The position numbers were made by a program, and so were the translations under genes. A DNA stretch of 64,000 nt, from the IMG/VR virus record IMGVR_UViG_3300029288_000071, positions 128,001 through 192,000 of that record, one strand, 5' to 3'. Origin of the DNA: a virus. Taxonomy: Duplodnaviria; Caudoviricetes. Positions 9,829 through 19,397 of this stretch are shown piece by piece. How positions within the stretch are numbered: position 1 is the first letter of the stretch; every line of letters starts with the position of its first letter. Under the pieces are notes generated by a model. That model did no database searches. It had not been told where the DNA came from and saw nothing but the letters and a program-made list of their open reading frames with translations.

Positions 9829-10457
9829 AAGTAATCTACTCTTTCTTTGGCTTTTATGTATTGGTTGCTTACTTTAAATGTATGGTTATTTATTTTTTTT
9901 CTTATTGTAGTTCTAACTTTCTGCTTTGTTTCTTCGGTATGATGTTTCCCATAAAAAGCATTATTTTCACCCAAATTTGATAATCTATTTTTTTCATTAG
10001 CTATTTTTTGTAGTTTATCAGCTTTAGATTTTCCATATTTATCAAGCCATACACTATAAACAGATCTACCATACATTGGATTATTTTCAGCTTTGTGGTC
10101 TAGTTTTCCTTCTAAAAATAATTTTTTATGTGATAGAGATATTTTCTTTTTAGATTCATCAGAGTGGATGAAGTTTTTACCACCCAAATTAAGATTATAC
10201 CCATATCTCTTATCATTAGAATTGAATTTTTTTATGTAAAATTGTTCTTTTTCATTTAAGTCTTTAATACTATTACAGTGCTCTAAAATTTCTTTTTTGA
10301 ATATTTTTATTCCATATTTTCTAATAGCTCTAGAAATGTATATTCCAGAACCATAATAATTATGAAAATACTTAATATTGATGGTTTGACCAATGTATAC
10401 TTTACCATTTTTTTTATTAGTAATTTTATACACTATGCCATGATATACTTTTTTCAT
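9825..10457 (-). CDS. GIY-YIG homing endonuclease with NUMOD3 motifs
   Basis: VYKITNKKNGKVYIGQT, YYGSG, GYNL, HSDESKKKIS, FYGKHHTEETK. Confidence 0.92.
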   Translation of the reverse strand: MKKVYHGIVYKITNKKNGKVYIGQTINIKYFHNYYGSGIYISRAIRKYGIKIFKKEILEHCNSIKDLNEKEQFYIKKFNSNDKRYGYNLNLGGKNFIHSDESKKKISLSHKKLFLEGKLDHKAENNPMYGRSVYSVWLDKYGKSKADKLQKIANEKNRLSNLGENNAFYGKHHTEETKQKVRTTIRKKINNHTFKVSNQYIKAKERVDYL

Positions 10458-10462
10458 TTACC

Positions 10463-10491
10463 AATTTATTAAATTTGTGATTAGTTGTAAA
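10463..10491 (-). promoter_or_regulatory. Sigma70-type promoter TTTACA-N17-TAAATT
   Basis: Motif recurs in several intergenic gaps; -10 is 5 nt from the ATG. Confidence 0.6.
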
Positions 10492-10495
10492 TAAT

Positions 10496-10711
10496 TTATC
10501 CTAAAATAAGTTTTTTACTTTGAGGGGGTATTTCACATGAAAATGTAGAATGACAAGCCATGCATTTGTAAATGTATTTACCAGCTTTAAAAGTTACTTT
10601 TCCTTCTTCATCTACTAAAGTTAAAGATTTTTCTTCTCCTAAGTATTGAAACTCTCCATTACCTTTGCAACCAGGTTTAATACAAGTTATTTTTCTTTTT
10701 GGTTCATTCAT
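10496..10711 (-). CDS. Small Cys-containing (zinc-ribbon-like) protein
   Basis: CIKPGC...YKCMACH. Confidence 0.7.
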   Translation of the reverse strand: MNEPKRKITCIKPGCKGNGEFQYLGEEKSLTLVDEEGKVTFKAGKYIYKCMACHSTFSCEIPPQSKKLILG

Positions 10712-11367
10712 TGTAGTAATTTTTTTATTTCTGCTGCATTTTCTTTTATTATTCTTTTAGCATCTGCAGCGGTATCTATTTTATATCTTATTAGTTTGAA
10801 TCCATTTTTCTCAGCAATTTCATTTTTAAGTTTGTCATTTTCTTTGCTTTCTGGTAAAGAATGCCAATAGTTACTGTCACATTCAATTAAAATCTTTTTA
10901 TTAGGAACTTTATAGTCAAAACATCTGCCATCAATCCAAATTTGTGATTCTAAAATTATCTTAAATTTTTGGTAAACTCCATCACCAAATGCTGCTTCAG
11001 ATTTTGAAATTGGATTTGTAAAATTTCCATTTTTCAGTCTTAATTTTGCTGCTTCACTCATCTTTTTCCGAGACTCAATTGAATGTTTTCTTCCCTTGAG
11101 TGCTAGGGATATTTTATTTCTTTTTTGATCTGATCTAGCTGATGTTTGCCATTTTTCAGAATTAGCTCTTCCTATTCTAGCTTTTTCAATAGTTTTAGAA
11201 TTAATTACCCACCCTGAATGATGATTAGGTATTTTTCTTCCCTTAAGAGCTATTTTATTTGCTTTGCCTATTTTACTTTTAGCTTCTTCAGTATGCCAAG
11301 GTTTTCCATTACATTTTCTTGTCAAAACAGCTTTTTGACTAGATTCTTTTGAGCGAATCATTTTCAT
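10708..11367 (-). CDS. NUMOD3 + DUF559/Vsr-like endonuclease
   Basis: HTEEAKSKIG, GRKHSIESRKKMS; SKSE, FDY, LIECDSNYWH, END..K. Confidence 0.85.
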   Translation of the reverse strand: MKMIRSKESSQKAVLTRKCNGKPWHTEEAKSKIGKANKIALKGRKIPNHHSGWVINSKTIEKARIGRANSEKWQTSARSDQKRNKISLALKGRKHSIESRKKMSEAAKLRLKNGNFTNPISKSEAAFGDGVYQKFKIILESQIWIDGRCFDYKVPNKKILIECDSNYWHSLPESKENDKLKNEIAEKNGFKLIRYKIDTAADAKRIIKENAAEIKKLLQ

Positions 11368-11626
11368 CCCAAAAAAGCTTATGTAATTTATTTACTAAAG
11401 GAGTACGATCCACTTGGAACTCTTCATCGTTTTGAGTGACTACAAAATCTTTCAAAACTGCATAAGAAGTCATATCAGTAAACTCAGACCTATATACTTC
11501 TTCTTTATATGGTATTTCATTTTTTTTGAATTCTTCATTAAATTTATCTGCCCATGACATATCAATTTCTTCAAATTTCTGAAGTTGATTGTCATCTGAT
11601 AATAATGCTAATACTAATTTACTCAT
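11339..11626 (-). CDS. Hypothetical acidic protein
   Basis: ORF in operon. Confidence 0.7.
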   Translation of the reverse strand: MSKLVLALLSDDNQLQKFEEIDMSWADKFNEEFKKNEIPYKEEVYRSEFTDMTSYAVLKDFVVTQNDEEFQVDRTPLVNKLHKLFWDENDSLKRI

Positions 11627-11651
11627 TTTTGTTGTCCGTAAGTGTAATTTT

Positions 11652-12050
11652 TCATATCTTTAAAATTATTTCTCGATCTACTTCTTTTCTGATTTCTTCA
11701 CTAAGAGCTTTAATAAATTCTGCTTCAGTATCAACTCCTGTAAATGTTTGTAATTCTCCAATTTCAACTGTCCACTTTGTTTTTAGTTTTCGTGGTTTAC
11801 TTGCTTTTTCTGTTTTCTTAGCTTCTTCATCTATTTCATATCCTATTTTCTTCATCAAAGCTTTTATTGGATCTTTAATACTTGATGAAATTGACCTTGT
11901 TTTTGCATTACAGTTATATTTGCCACACACATTACAATAACCATCTTTATCAAAATCATGTTTTCCATTAATTAATGTACCATCCCAATCAGGATAAAGA
12001 CAATCAAAAGCTTCTTTAGGATAAATACGCCCATTCTTATTCGGAGTCAT
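11652..12050 (-). CDS. Small chimeric protein: prohead-protease-like motif + IGY tag + gp23-like capsid fragment
   Basis: NKNGRIYPKE; DPIKALMKKIGY; KPRKLKTKWTVE...GVDTEAE...LSEEI..EVDREII. Confidence 0.8.
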   Translation of the reverse strand: MTPNKNGRIYPKEAFDCLYPDWDGTLINGKHDFDKDGYCNVCGKYNCNAKTRSISSSIKDPIKALMKKIGYEIDEEAKKTEKASKPRKLKTKWTVEIGELQTFTGVDTEAEFIKALSEEIRKEVDREIILKI

Positions 12051-12261
12051 AACCTATTTTTCTCATCAGTCTTTTTATTGGATCAATTATTATTTTTTGT
12101 TCTGCAATTAAAGTTGGAGATACATACAATGGAGCGTAAGGAGCCCAAACATATCCTTGTTCTAAAAATGATTTTCCTTTATGACCTACTAGAAAATAAT
12201 CTTTTTTAACTTTAACTGCAAAAAAATCTTTAGTTTCTATCACATCTTCTTTATTTATCAT
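12037..12261 (-). CDS. Small protein: gp23-like C-terminal capsid fragment + IGY tag
   Basis: DYFLVGHKGKSFLEQGYVWAPYAPL; DPIKRLMRKIGY. Confidence 0.8.
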   Translation of the reverse strand: MINKEDVIETKDFFAVKVKKDYFLVGHKGKSFLEQGYVWAPYAPLYVSPTLIAEQKIIIDPIKRLMRKIGYDSE

Positions 12262-12484
12262 AACCTATTTTCTGCATTAGTTTATCTACTTTAGTGGGTA
12301 CTTCATAGCCAATTTTTTTCATCAATTTTTCTATAGGACTTAAAAGAGAATTGTCAGAATAAATTTGAATATCTGTCCAAAATCCTGTTCCTATTTCAGA
12401 TGATACCCACTTTCCATCTGTTCCAGTTATTGAAATATTTAAAAAACCAGGAGCTTGTTTTATTGCTGTAGTGGAATTTCGCAT
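12251..12484 (-). CDS. Small protein with two IGY tags
   Basis: SPIEKLMKKIGY and VDKLMQKIGY. Confidence 0.75.
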   Translation of the reverse strand: MRNSTTAIKQAPGFLNISITGTDGKWVSSEIGTGFWTDIQIYSDNSLLSPIEKLMKKIGYEVPTKVDKLMQKIGYDK

Positions 12485-14463
12485 ACGTCGTTATTACAAT
12501 ATTTATCGGTTTCGGCTTCTTCACCTTTGATTTTTGCAAATTGAGGTTTCTTCAATCCTTTGGATAATTCTTTAAAAGTTTTTTCATCTATTTCTTCATA
12601 GGGCATTTGTGCATATGCACCTTTTGGAGTGTTTGGAAGAAAGCTGACACCTTTGAGTTGATATTGAAAGTAATTTAAAGCATATTCTATTTGATTGCCT
12701 TCTGTTTCAGGGTCAAATCTTATTGTAGCTGACACTTGATTATCTGTCCAATATTTTTGCAGAAATGCTGCTAAAGACAATTGTTCCCACATTGAAACTT
12801 GCTTTACAGAACGAATTTCTCCAATATCGATTGGAATTGATACAATTACTGTATTAACTTCTTTTGATGCTGGTTCAATATGATATCCTGCTTTTTCTAA
12901 TGGTTTAAGTAATTGACTATTTTGAGAAATTCTAATTCTACGAATATAAAAACGAGATTCAGGATAATGCATACCAGGAGTTGCACCAGCTAACAAACTA
13001 GTAGTTCCTGAAGGCTTAACAGAAGTACATTTTTTAGATTTTGGAATAGCTAACCAATCAGAATATACTTCATCCCATTTCTGAATTTCATCATAACCTT
13101 TTTGACACCATTCTTTAAATTCATTTATTCCTCTTTTTTCAATTATTTGAGCAATTCCTGACATAGAACATCCAATTCTTCTATTTCTAAGCATAACTCT
13201 ATTAGATTCTGCCCAATGTGTTTTACCCAAAGTAACAGTTTTAGCATAGAGATAAGCAAATTTGAGAGTTCTTAAAAAATCTTCTAAATTTTCATGATTG
13301 TTTGGAAATGTTTCAACTAATGTACAGAGTTCGTACGACTCCAATGATTGTTCTACACAAGGATTAGGTCCAGCCACTCTTTTATCTTTCCAATCAGGAC
13401 CATTATTTATTCTAGAATATGCTTTCATATTTTCTAACCAAACATATCCTGGTTCTCCATTTTTAGCAGTTTGAGTTGCTACTTTTTTGTAATTCATTCC
13501 TAAATCAGCAAATATAGAATTATTAGAAGTCCAACCATACCCTGCTCTATGTTTTGAACTACCAATATAATCTTTCTTTTCATCATCCCAATGATAATCT
13601 TTTAATTTAAGATATTCATCTGATTTATAATCACCTACAGATATTTGAGCACTTCTTCTAACATTACCTGAAACTACACAAACACCAATATGATTCATTA
13701 AATCTACTATAGCTGTTGTTGAAATTTGCTGGCCAATTTCTCTATTTAAAGTTAATCTAATATTTTTATGAAGATCAACTAAAGGATCAGCACCTGAAGA
13801 AATTCCCCCGAATGTTTTAATCGGCTCTCCTGCTTTTCGTATGTCTGAATAATCAAATTCTATATCCCCAGTTCCTAAAAAATATGCATCTAAAAGTAAT
13901 CTTAAAGATTCAACCCAGCCTTCTCTACTATCTGGAATTTTAAAAGTTTCTATTGATCTCTTTTTATTTGGTCCTTTTACTTCAATTAAACCAACCCCTT
14001 TTGTATCAAATCCTACACCAACACCTAACATTGACATATCCATCATAAATAAAAATGGTTTTGAGGGTTCTTCTTTTATATTTTCTGTTGAAATGAACGA
14101 GCAGTTATTGAGTGCTGCATAAAGATGTTTTTCTTCTGTAATTAAAGATCCCATCCCCCAAATACCTCTTCCAGGTGGAAGGAATTTCATATTAAACATT
14201 CGATCATACATTTCTTGAGCAGACTTTTGAGCTTGATATGCATTCCAACCCAAGCCATTTTCATCAATATGTCTTTTTTGCATATTATAAGTTCCATTTA
14301 CTACTCTTTGACAAGTTTCCCACCATTGCTCATTTGAACCATCTGATTTTATTCTTGAATATGTTCTTAAATAAGTAATTTCTCCTAAACCGTTAAATCC
14401 AAAGGGTGGTTTTTTATCTTCATACTGTTCTATAAACCTTTCTGATAATCTAAATTTATCCAA
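12460..14463 (-). CDS. nrdJ: Class II (adenosylcobalamin) ribonucleoside-triphosphate reductase
   Basis: RTYSR, PPGRG, LNNC, GNVRRSA, NPCVEQ, KPSGT, C-terminal YCNNDVC. Confidence 0.95.
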   Translation of the reverse strand: MDKFRLSERFIEQYEDKKPPFGFNGLGEITYLRTYSRIKSDGSNEQWWETCQRVVNGTYNMQKRHIDENGLGWNAYQAQKSAQEMYDRMFNMKFLPPGRGIWGMGSLITEEKHLYAALNNCSFISTENIKEEPSKPFLFMMDMSMLGVGVGFDTKGVGLIEVKGPNKKRSIETFKIPDSREGWVESLRLLLDAYFLGTGDIEFDYSDIRKAGEPIKTFGGISSGADPLVDLHKNIRLTLNREIGQQISTTAIVDLMNHIGVCVVSGNVRRSAQISVGDYKSDEYLKLKDYHWDDEKKDYIGSSKHRAGYGWTSNNSIFADLGMNYKKVATQTAKNGEPGYVWLENMKAYSRINNGPDWKDKRVAGPNPCVEQSLESYELCTLVETFPNNHENLEDFLRTLKFAYLYAKTVTLGKTHWAESNRVMLRNRRIGCSMSGIAQIIEKRGINEFKEWCQKGYDEIQKWDEVYSDWLAIPKSKKCTSVKPSGTTSLLAGATPGMHYPESRFYIRRIRISQNSQLLKPLEKAGYHIEPASKEVNTVIVSIPIDIGEIRSVKQVSMWEQLSLAAFLQKYWTDNQVSATIRFDPETEGNQIEYALNYFQYQLKGVSFLPNTPKGAYAQMPYEEIDEKTFKELSKGLKKPQFAKIKGEEAETDKYCNNDVCEIPLQQ

Positions 14464-14770
14464 TCTGTTTCTCCGGTTGATATATTCTTTTCATTAGTGT
14501 TTCAATTATTGCGTCAATATTCAAACTGTCTTTTATTTCTTTATTTAAGTTTTCTATTTTTTCTATTTCTTCTTTATCCATAACTACAAAGTGAGGATAG
14601 AGACACTCAACTCTGTTTATAAAATTTAAATCATTTATAATTGGCATATAAATTAATCTAATCCCATCTTTCTTTAATTGATCTGCCATTTCTTTAAGAT
14701 TATCAACAACTCTTTCAGCATTTTCTGGAGAAAATTTAGTCATGTTTATATACATTGCCAATATTATCAT
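14456..14770 (-). CDS. Small protein with a portal(gp20)-like motif and a degenerate IGY tag
   Basis: MYINMTKFSPENAERVV; IETLMKRIY. Confidence 0.6.
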   Translation of the reverse strand: MIILAMYINMTKFSPENAERVVDNLKEMADQLKKDGIRLIYMPIINDLNFINRVECLYPHFVVMDKEEIEKIENLNKEIKDSLNIDAIIETLMKRIYQPEKQIG

Positions 14771-14772
14771 TT

Positions 14773-15096
14773 TTAAACTCCATCTAAATCACCATATAAA
14801 TCTTTTGTTGTTAAGTTTTTTGCTTGTTCTTTTATTTCTTTAGCTCGCTCTCTTAAAGATTCAGTTGAATCTTTTTTCCCATTTCCTTCAGGAAGAATTG
14901 TATTATTAGTCCAACCTTCACCTTTCATTTGAACCATTTGATTACTCATGATTTTAGCTTTATTTTTTGACTTACAAGCTGGACATTCTGCTTCTGCTAA
15001 AAATTTAGCTTCATTTTCTTCTGCTTCTTTAGCACTCATCCAAAATTCATCAAAAATAGCTTTACAATCTTGACATTGGTATTCGTAAATTGGCAT
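14773..15096 (-). CDS. FmdB-family zinc-ribbon protein
   Basis: MPIYEYQCQDC...CPAC...MKGEGW. Confidence 0.9.
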   Translation of the reverse strand: MPIYEYQCQDCKAIFDEFWMSAKEAEENEAKFLAEAECPACKSKNKAKIMSNQMVQMKGEGWTNNTILPEGNGKKDSTESLRERAKEIKEQAKNLTTKDLYGDLDGV

Positions 15097-15105
15097 AATT
15101 TTCTC

Positions 15106-15771
15106 CTATAATTCGTCAAAAATAATTGGTACTTCTTTTCTCATAATTGATAGTGCTTGATTTGCTAAATCTCTCTTTTGTGGATGTGCTGCAGCAGACG
15201 TTCTTAATTTAAAGAAATGTCTCCATTCACGAAAATTAGCAGTCATTACTAATTCTGTTTTTAAAGAATTAGGAAGAAGATCTCTTGCTTCTTGTGGTTT
15301 TTCACCATACTCAATTGCTCTTAAATAATGTTCTTGACATCGTTCAATGCCTGTGAACCAGTTTCCAAACTTGAATCTGTCTTCTTCAGTTATTCCTATC
15401 CAATCATTTGTTTCAGTAGCTAAATAGATTTTATAAAATCTTACTGGAAGAATTACTGTAATTTCATTACCATACTTATCTTTACTATAGTTGCAATATC
15501 TAGTGCTTTCTTGACTATAAGCAGCAAGTCGATGTCTAACTATTTCATGTGTTACTCCTCTATCAGTAATAAATCGAAATGTAGCAACTGCATGTTCAAG
15601 AACTGATTCATGTTTTTTATCTGGATTTAATAACATTTTTATAAAGTCTTTTGATGACTCTGGTGTTATTAAATTCTCTGATTTGTAACAAACTCTTCCA
15701 CATTTTTCAATAAACTGAAGAGCATTAGGTGTTATGAATTCTAATGTAGCTGATTGTTTGATTATTCTCAT
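15106..15771 (-). CDS. thyX: FAD-dependent thymidylate synthase
   Basis: HESVLEH, EIVRHR...SQESTRY, ARDLLP, NFREWRHFFKLR, AHPQ. Confidence 0.95.
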   Translation of the reverse strand: MRIIKQSATLEFITPNALQFIEKCGRVCYKSENLITPESSKDFIKMLLNPDKKHESVLEHAVATFRFITDRGVTHEIVRHRLAAYSQESTRYCNYSKDKYGNEITVILPVRFYKIYLATETNDWIGITEEDRFKFGNWFTGIERCQEHYLRAIEYGEKPQEARDLLPNSLKTELVMTANFREWRHFFKLRTSAAAHPQKRDLANQALSIMRKEVPIIFDEL

Positions 15772-15998
15772 TTTCTTCTTTCGGGATTCAATACAATGTT
15801 ATTAATTCCAGCTATTGAACTACGTTTTTTATATTCTTCTTCAATATATTTTGTTGCTATGATTCTTACAGAATTTCTATATTGCTCATAGATTCGTCCA
15901 GCAATTTCATGTCTTTTTTGTTCATCTATATTATAGTCTCTGAGAACTACTTCTACAATTTGTTTTAAATCTATTACATCTGCTAAAGTTTTATTCAT
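15768..15998 (-). CDS. Hypothetical protein
   Basis: ATGA overlaps on both sides. Confidence 0.7.
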   Translation of the reverse strand: MNKTLADVIDLKQIVEVVLRDYNIDEQKRHEIAGRIYEQYRNSVRIIATKYIEEEYKKRSSIAGINNIVLNPERRK

Positions 15999-17401
15999 TT
16001 TTGTTCTTCTTTACTTCCATTTTCTTTGGATTTTTTAAATTCTTCATACTTTTTCTTATTATGATTGTTAGTATCAATGCTTACACTATTCAGACTAGAT
16101 ATTGCTGCATTTAATTCATCCATATTCTCAAAAGGTTTTTGAGTTTCAATTTTATAGTTTTTAAGATTCATTATAATAGGAATAACTATACCATCTTTTC
16201 CTGCTCTATTTTTTGCAATAAATAATCTACCTGTATTTTTCATTCTATCTTCCATTTTTCTTGAAAGAGTAATGATTACATCTGATACTGCAGCTTTTGC
16301 AAATGATTCAGAAATAGATTCAAGACTAATAATATCATTATTTGCTCCAGAACGATTTACTTGACTTGCAGTCCAAATAGGTATTTTTAATTCTCCTGCT
16401 AAACCTCTTAAATCTTCATAAATTCCTTCAAGTTCAAATCTTTTTTGATCATACTTCTGTGCGGGTTTTAACAAATCAGCATAGTCAATAATTAATTCAT
16501 CAGGGACAAAACCAATTTGATGCATTTTGTTTATGTGTAGTTTAAGATGATTAATTGTAGCTTTTTTTGTTGGATAAAATTTTATCATCAAATTATCTTT
16601 AATATTCAATTTTTTCAATTTCATTTTTACAACATCACTCATATTTGGAATATCTTCTTGAGCTATGCCTGTGAACATTGTATCATATCTTAATCCAACT
16701 TGATGTTCATAAAGTTCTAAAGTATAATGAATTACTTTAAGTTTTTGTTGAACAGCATTTTTTGCTATAGTGCAGAGAATCCAAGACTTACCAAAACCAG
16801 GGCCTGAAATAACTACTCCTAATTCTCCTTTTGATAACCCTCCATTCAAAAGCTCATCTAAATGAACTAATCCTGTTGGTATTGGCATTCTTTTCATTAA
16901 ATTTATCCTATTTTCTAAAGCAAAATCTTCCCAATAATTATGACCGATGTTTGATTCTTCACCAGCCTTTAAAGCTTCACCAACTATTTTGTAGATGTCA
17001 TCATATTTACCTTTTTCCCAACAGTCAATAGAAGTATAAAGAGCAGTTTTCATTTTTTGATTTCTGCAAAATTTGATAGCTTCATCTTTTATAAACTTTG
17101 TATCATTTACTGCAGATTTTTTTATAGTTTTAATGATTTCATGAATTTGCATTTTCATGATTTCATCGCACTCAAACTGAGACAAAGATACTTCTAAGTT
17201 ATCTAATGTTGGAGGTGTCTTGTATTTTTCAAAATATTCTTGAATCTTCTTATAAATTGTCTCATGTGGTTTTGAATCAAAAAAGCTTAACTCAAGAATA
17301 TCAAAAATACGTTCAAAAAATTTTGTATCAATAAGTAATGATTGAATTACTTTAGTTTGAAAGTGGCTACCAAAGAGAGAAAAATCTTGTTTTTGACTCA
17401 T
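15995..17401 (-). CDS. dnaB: DnaB/gp41-like replicative helicase
   Basis: GPGFGKS, IIDYADLL, WTASQVNR, AKNRAG; start moved to MSQKQ at 17401 (TAATG overlap). Confidence 0.92.
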   Translation of the reverse strand: MSQKQDFSLFGSHFQTKVIQSLLIDTKFFERIFDILELSFFDSKPHETIYKKIQEYFEKYKTPPTLDNLEVSLSQFECDEIMKMQIHEIIKTIKKSAVNDTKFIKDEAIKFCRNQKMKTALYTSIDCWEKGKYDDIYKIVGEALKAGEESNIGHNYWEDFALENRINLMKRMPIPTGLVHLDELLNGGLSKGELGVVISGPGFGKSWILCTIAKNAVQQKLKVIHYTLELYEHQVGLRYDTMFTGIAQEDIPNMSDVVKMKLKKLNIKDNLMIKFYPTKKATINHLKLHINKMHQIGFVPDELIIDYADLLKPAQKYDQKRFELEGIYEDLRGLAGELKIPIWTASQVNRSGANNDIISLESISESFAKAAVSDVIITLSRKMEDRMKNTGRLFIAKNRAGKDGIVIPIIMNLKNYKIETQKPFENMDELNAAISSLNSVSIDTNNHNKKKYEEFKKSKENGSKEEQK

Positions 17402-18090
17402 TATCTTTTCTCCCATAAAATAATAAAATCGCATGATAAATGATTACAGATTTCTGTTTCTCTATCTAAATCTTTAAAAACCTGCTTGTCATGTCTTTTT
17501 TCATACACTTCATAAACAGTATTTGTTTCTAGACAGTAACCATCAACAACATAACCTAATTTTTTTATGTGATATTGTCTCTGAATTTTACAATTATCTC
17601 TATGCTCTTGTAAATCTAATAGTTGTTTTTCAATTTTTCCTATATTAAAATATGGTTTTGAATTACCATTTATGATTCTATTTAGCATTGAAACTCTCAT
17701 TTTTCTTTTAGTTTCAGAAGAATGATGCTTCCCAAGCATAGCTTTATTGATACACTTATCTCTATTTTCTTTGATTTTAAACCTTTCTTTAATTTTTAAT
17801 CGAGTTTCTTGTGTTACTGGAAATTCCTTATATCGCTTCTTTTGAGCCAAACTACCAATCTCTCTTTGATTTTGTGTCCAAATGCTTCCTAAGTTTCTTG
17901 GTTTTAATTTATTGCTTTCAGCAATTCTTTTTCTGCCTTCTATGGTTTTTGATTTACCTCCTATACTTCCTGAACATTTTTTACATTTTGTATTCAAGTC
18001 TATTGCTCTTTGTAATAAATGCTTAGTTTTGTATGTCTGTAAATTGCCACATTGAGAACAGTTTTTACTAAAATTTTCAGGTAAAATCAT
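17401..18090 (-). CDS. Putative homing endonuclease (Zn ribbon, NUMOD3, PD-(D/E)xK-like)
   Basis: CSQC..CKKC, GKHHSSETKRKM, GYVVDGYC..TNTVYEVYE..H. Confidence 0.75.
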   Translation of the reverse strand: MILPENFSKNCSQCGNLQTYKTKHLLQRAIDLNTKCKKCSGSIGGKSKTIEGRKRIAESNKLKPRNLGSIWTQNQREIGSLAQKKRYKEFPVTQETRLKIKERFKIKENRDKCINKAMLGKHHSSETKRKMRVSMLNRIINGNSKPYFNIGKIEKQLLDLQEHRDNCKIQRQYHIKKLGYVVDGYCLETNTVYEVYEKRHDKQVFKDLDRETEICNHLSCDFIILWEKR

Positions 18091-18370
18091 TGATTTGTTT
18101 TCTAGCTCTGTGTTTTGTAATTAATGCTCGGATAAAAAGAATAATAGGAAATGATATTAAACAAGTCAAAAATAAAAATATAATTATAAGTCCATGAAAA
18201 AAATCTTTAATAGACTTTTTAAATTCTTCTAAAAATTGTTTCAAAAAACTATTACAATCAAATATCATGTTTTCCCAAATAGACATTTCATTTTCATTTT
18301 TTGTGCAATTTCTAATCTTGTCATTATCAATAATAAGATTAGTTCTATCTATTCTAAATGGATTTTTCAT
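18077..18370 (-). CDS. Hypothetical membrane protein
   Basis: C-terminal hydrophobic stretch. Confidence 0.65.
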   Translation of the reverse strand: MKNPFRIDRTNLIIDNDKIRNCTKNENEMSIWENMIFDCNSFLKQFLEEFKKSIKDFFHGLIIIFLFLTCLISFPIILFIRALITKHRARKQINDFT

Positions 18371-19397
18371 ATGAATTTAATGGAGCAAAAATTTGATTCC
18401 AACTATCAAAATTTTGTATTTGTTTAAAAGCTGAATCTTGCATAAATAACAATCTCAACTGAAAAGGTTTAAAAACAGGATTTTGATTTAGTGCACTTTT
18501 AACTTTTTCTAATCCCTCTACACTAAAAGTATGTTCAAGTAATTGCATCACCTGCCAATTCTTTTTCAACTTTTCTTGTTCATCTAAAATTACTTTGTAA
18601 AATTTACTACCCTTAATATTTGCTTGACAATGCTCAAATACTCTATCAAGATTTGTAGGAGTTGAATCTATTAAAAATGGGAATAGTTTATTTATAGTTT
18701 TTAAACCAATTCCTTTAATTCCTGGAACATTATCAGAAGAATCTCCTTGAAGAGTTTTAATCATTATCCAATTTTTTGGATAACACTTATATTCTTTAAT
18801 CATGTGTTCAACGTCGATTATTTCTTTTTTAATAGGGCGATAAACTGATACTTTATCTGTAACTAATTGGAAGTAATCTTTATCAGAACTAACTATAATT
18901 TTGTGTTGATCAAGCCATAAATACTGACTTATATAACCTATCACATCATCTGCTTCCATTAATTCTACTTCAATTTGATAAACAGGTAAAGTTTCAAGAT
19001 ATTCTTTTACTCGATAAAGCTGTTTTTTAAAACTTTCCCATTCTGCTTCAGGAGTTTCCCATTGAAAAGTTCTATTCAAAGATCTTTTTATATCTCTTCC
19101 TTGTTTATATTCAGCAAGTATTTCTTTTCTTTTTCTTGATGAGTGTTTTCCTTCCCAACAAAAAACAACTTTAGTAGGATGAAATAGTTCTACAATAGAC
19201 TTTACAGATTGCATCATACCCCACATCCCACCAACATGGTTTCCTGATCCATTTGCTAAATTAAGTACTGCAAACGAACGAATAAACATGTTCATTGAGT
19301 CAATTAAAAGAATTCTTTGAGAACCTTTTTCTTCAATTTCAACTTCTAAAAGTTTATCTTTTTGAATTGCAGCTATTTGGTTTTCTACAGTTTCCAT
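18354..19397 (-). CDS. 5'-3' exonuclease / flap endonuclease (T4 RNase H-like)
   Basis: LLIDSMN, YKQGR, EADDVI, SSDKDYFQL, GDSSDNVPGIKGIGLKT. Confidence 0.93.
   Translation of the reverse strand: METVENQIAAIQKDKLLEVEIEEKGSQRILLIDSMNMFIRSFAVLNLANGSGNHVGGMWGMMQSVKSIVELFHPTKVVFCWEGKHSSRKRKEILAEYKQGRDIKRSLNRTFQWETPEAEWESFKKQLYRVKEYLETLPVYQIEVELMEADDVIGYISQYLWLDQHKIIVSSDKDYFQLVTDKVSVYRPIKKEIIDVEHMIKEYKCYPKNWIMIKTLQGDSSDNVPGIKGIGLKTINKLFPFLIDSTPTNLDRVFEHCQANIKGSKFYKVILDEQEKLKKNWQVMQLLEHTFSVEGLEKVKSALNQNPVFKPFQLRLLFMQDSAFKQIQNFDSWNQIFAPLNSYEKSI

Noticed and set aside
11652-12484. Degraded major capsid pseudogene
   Set aside because: Fragments are out of order, mixed with a protease-like motif, each in an intact coupled ORF with a shared tag, and another member lies 11 kb away
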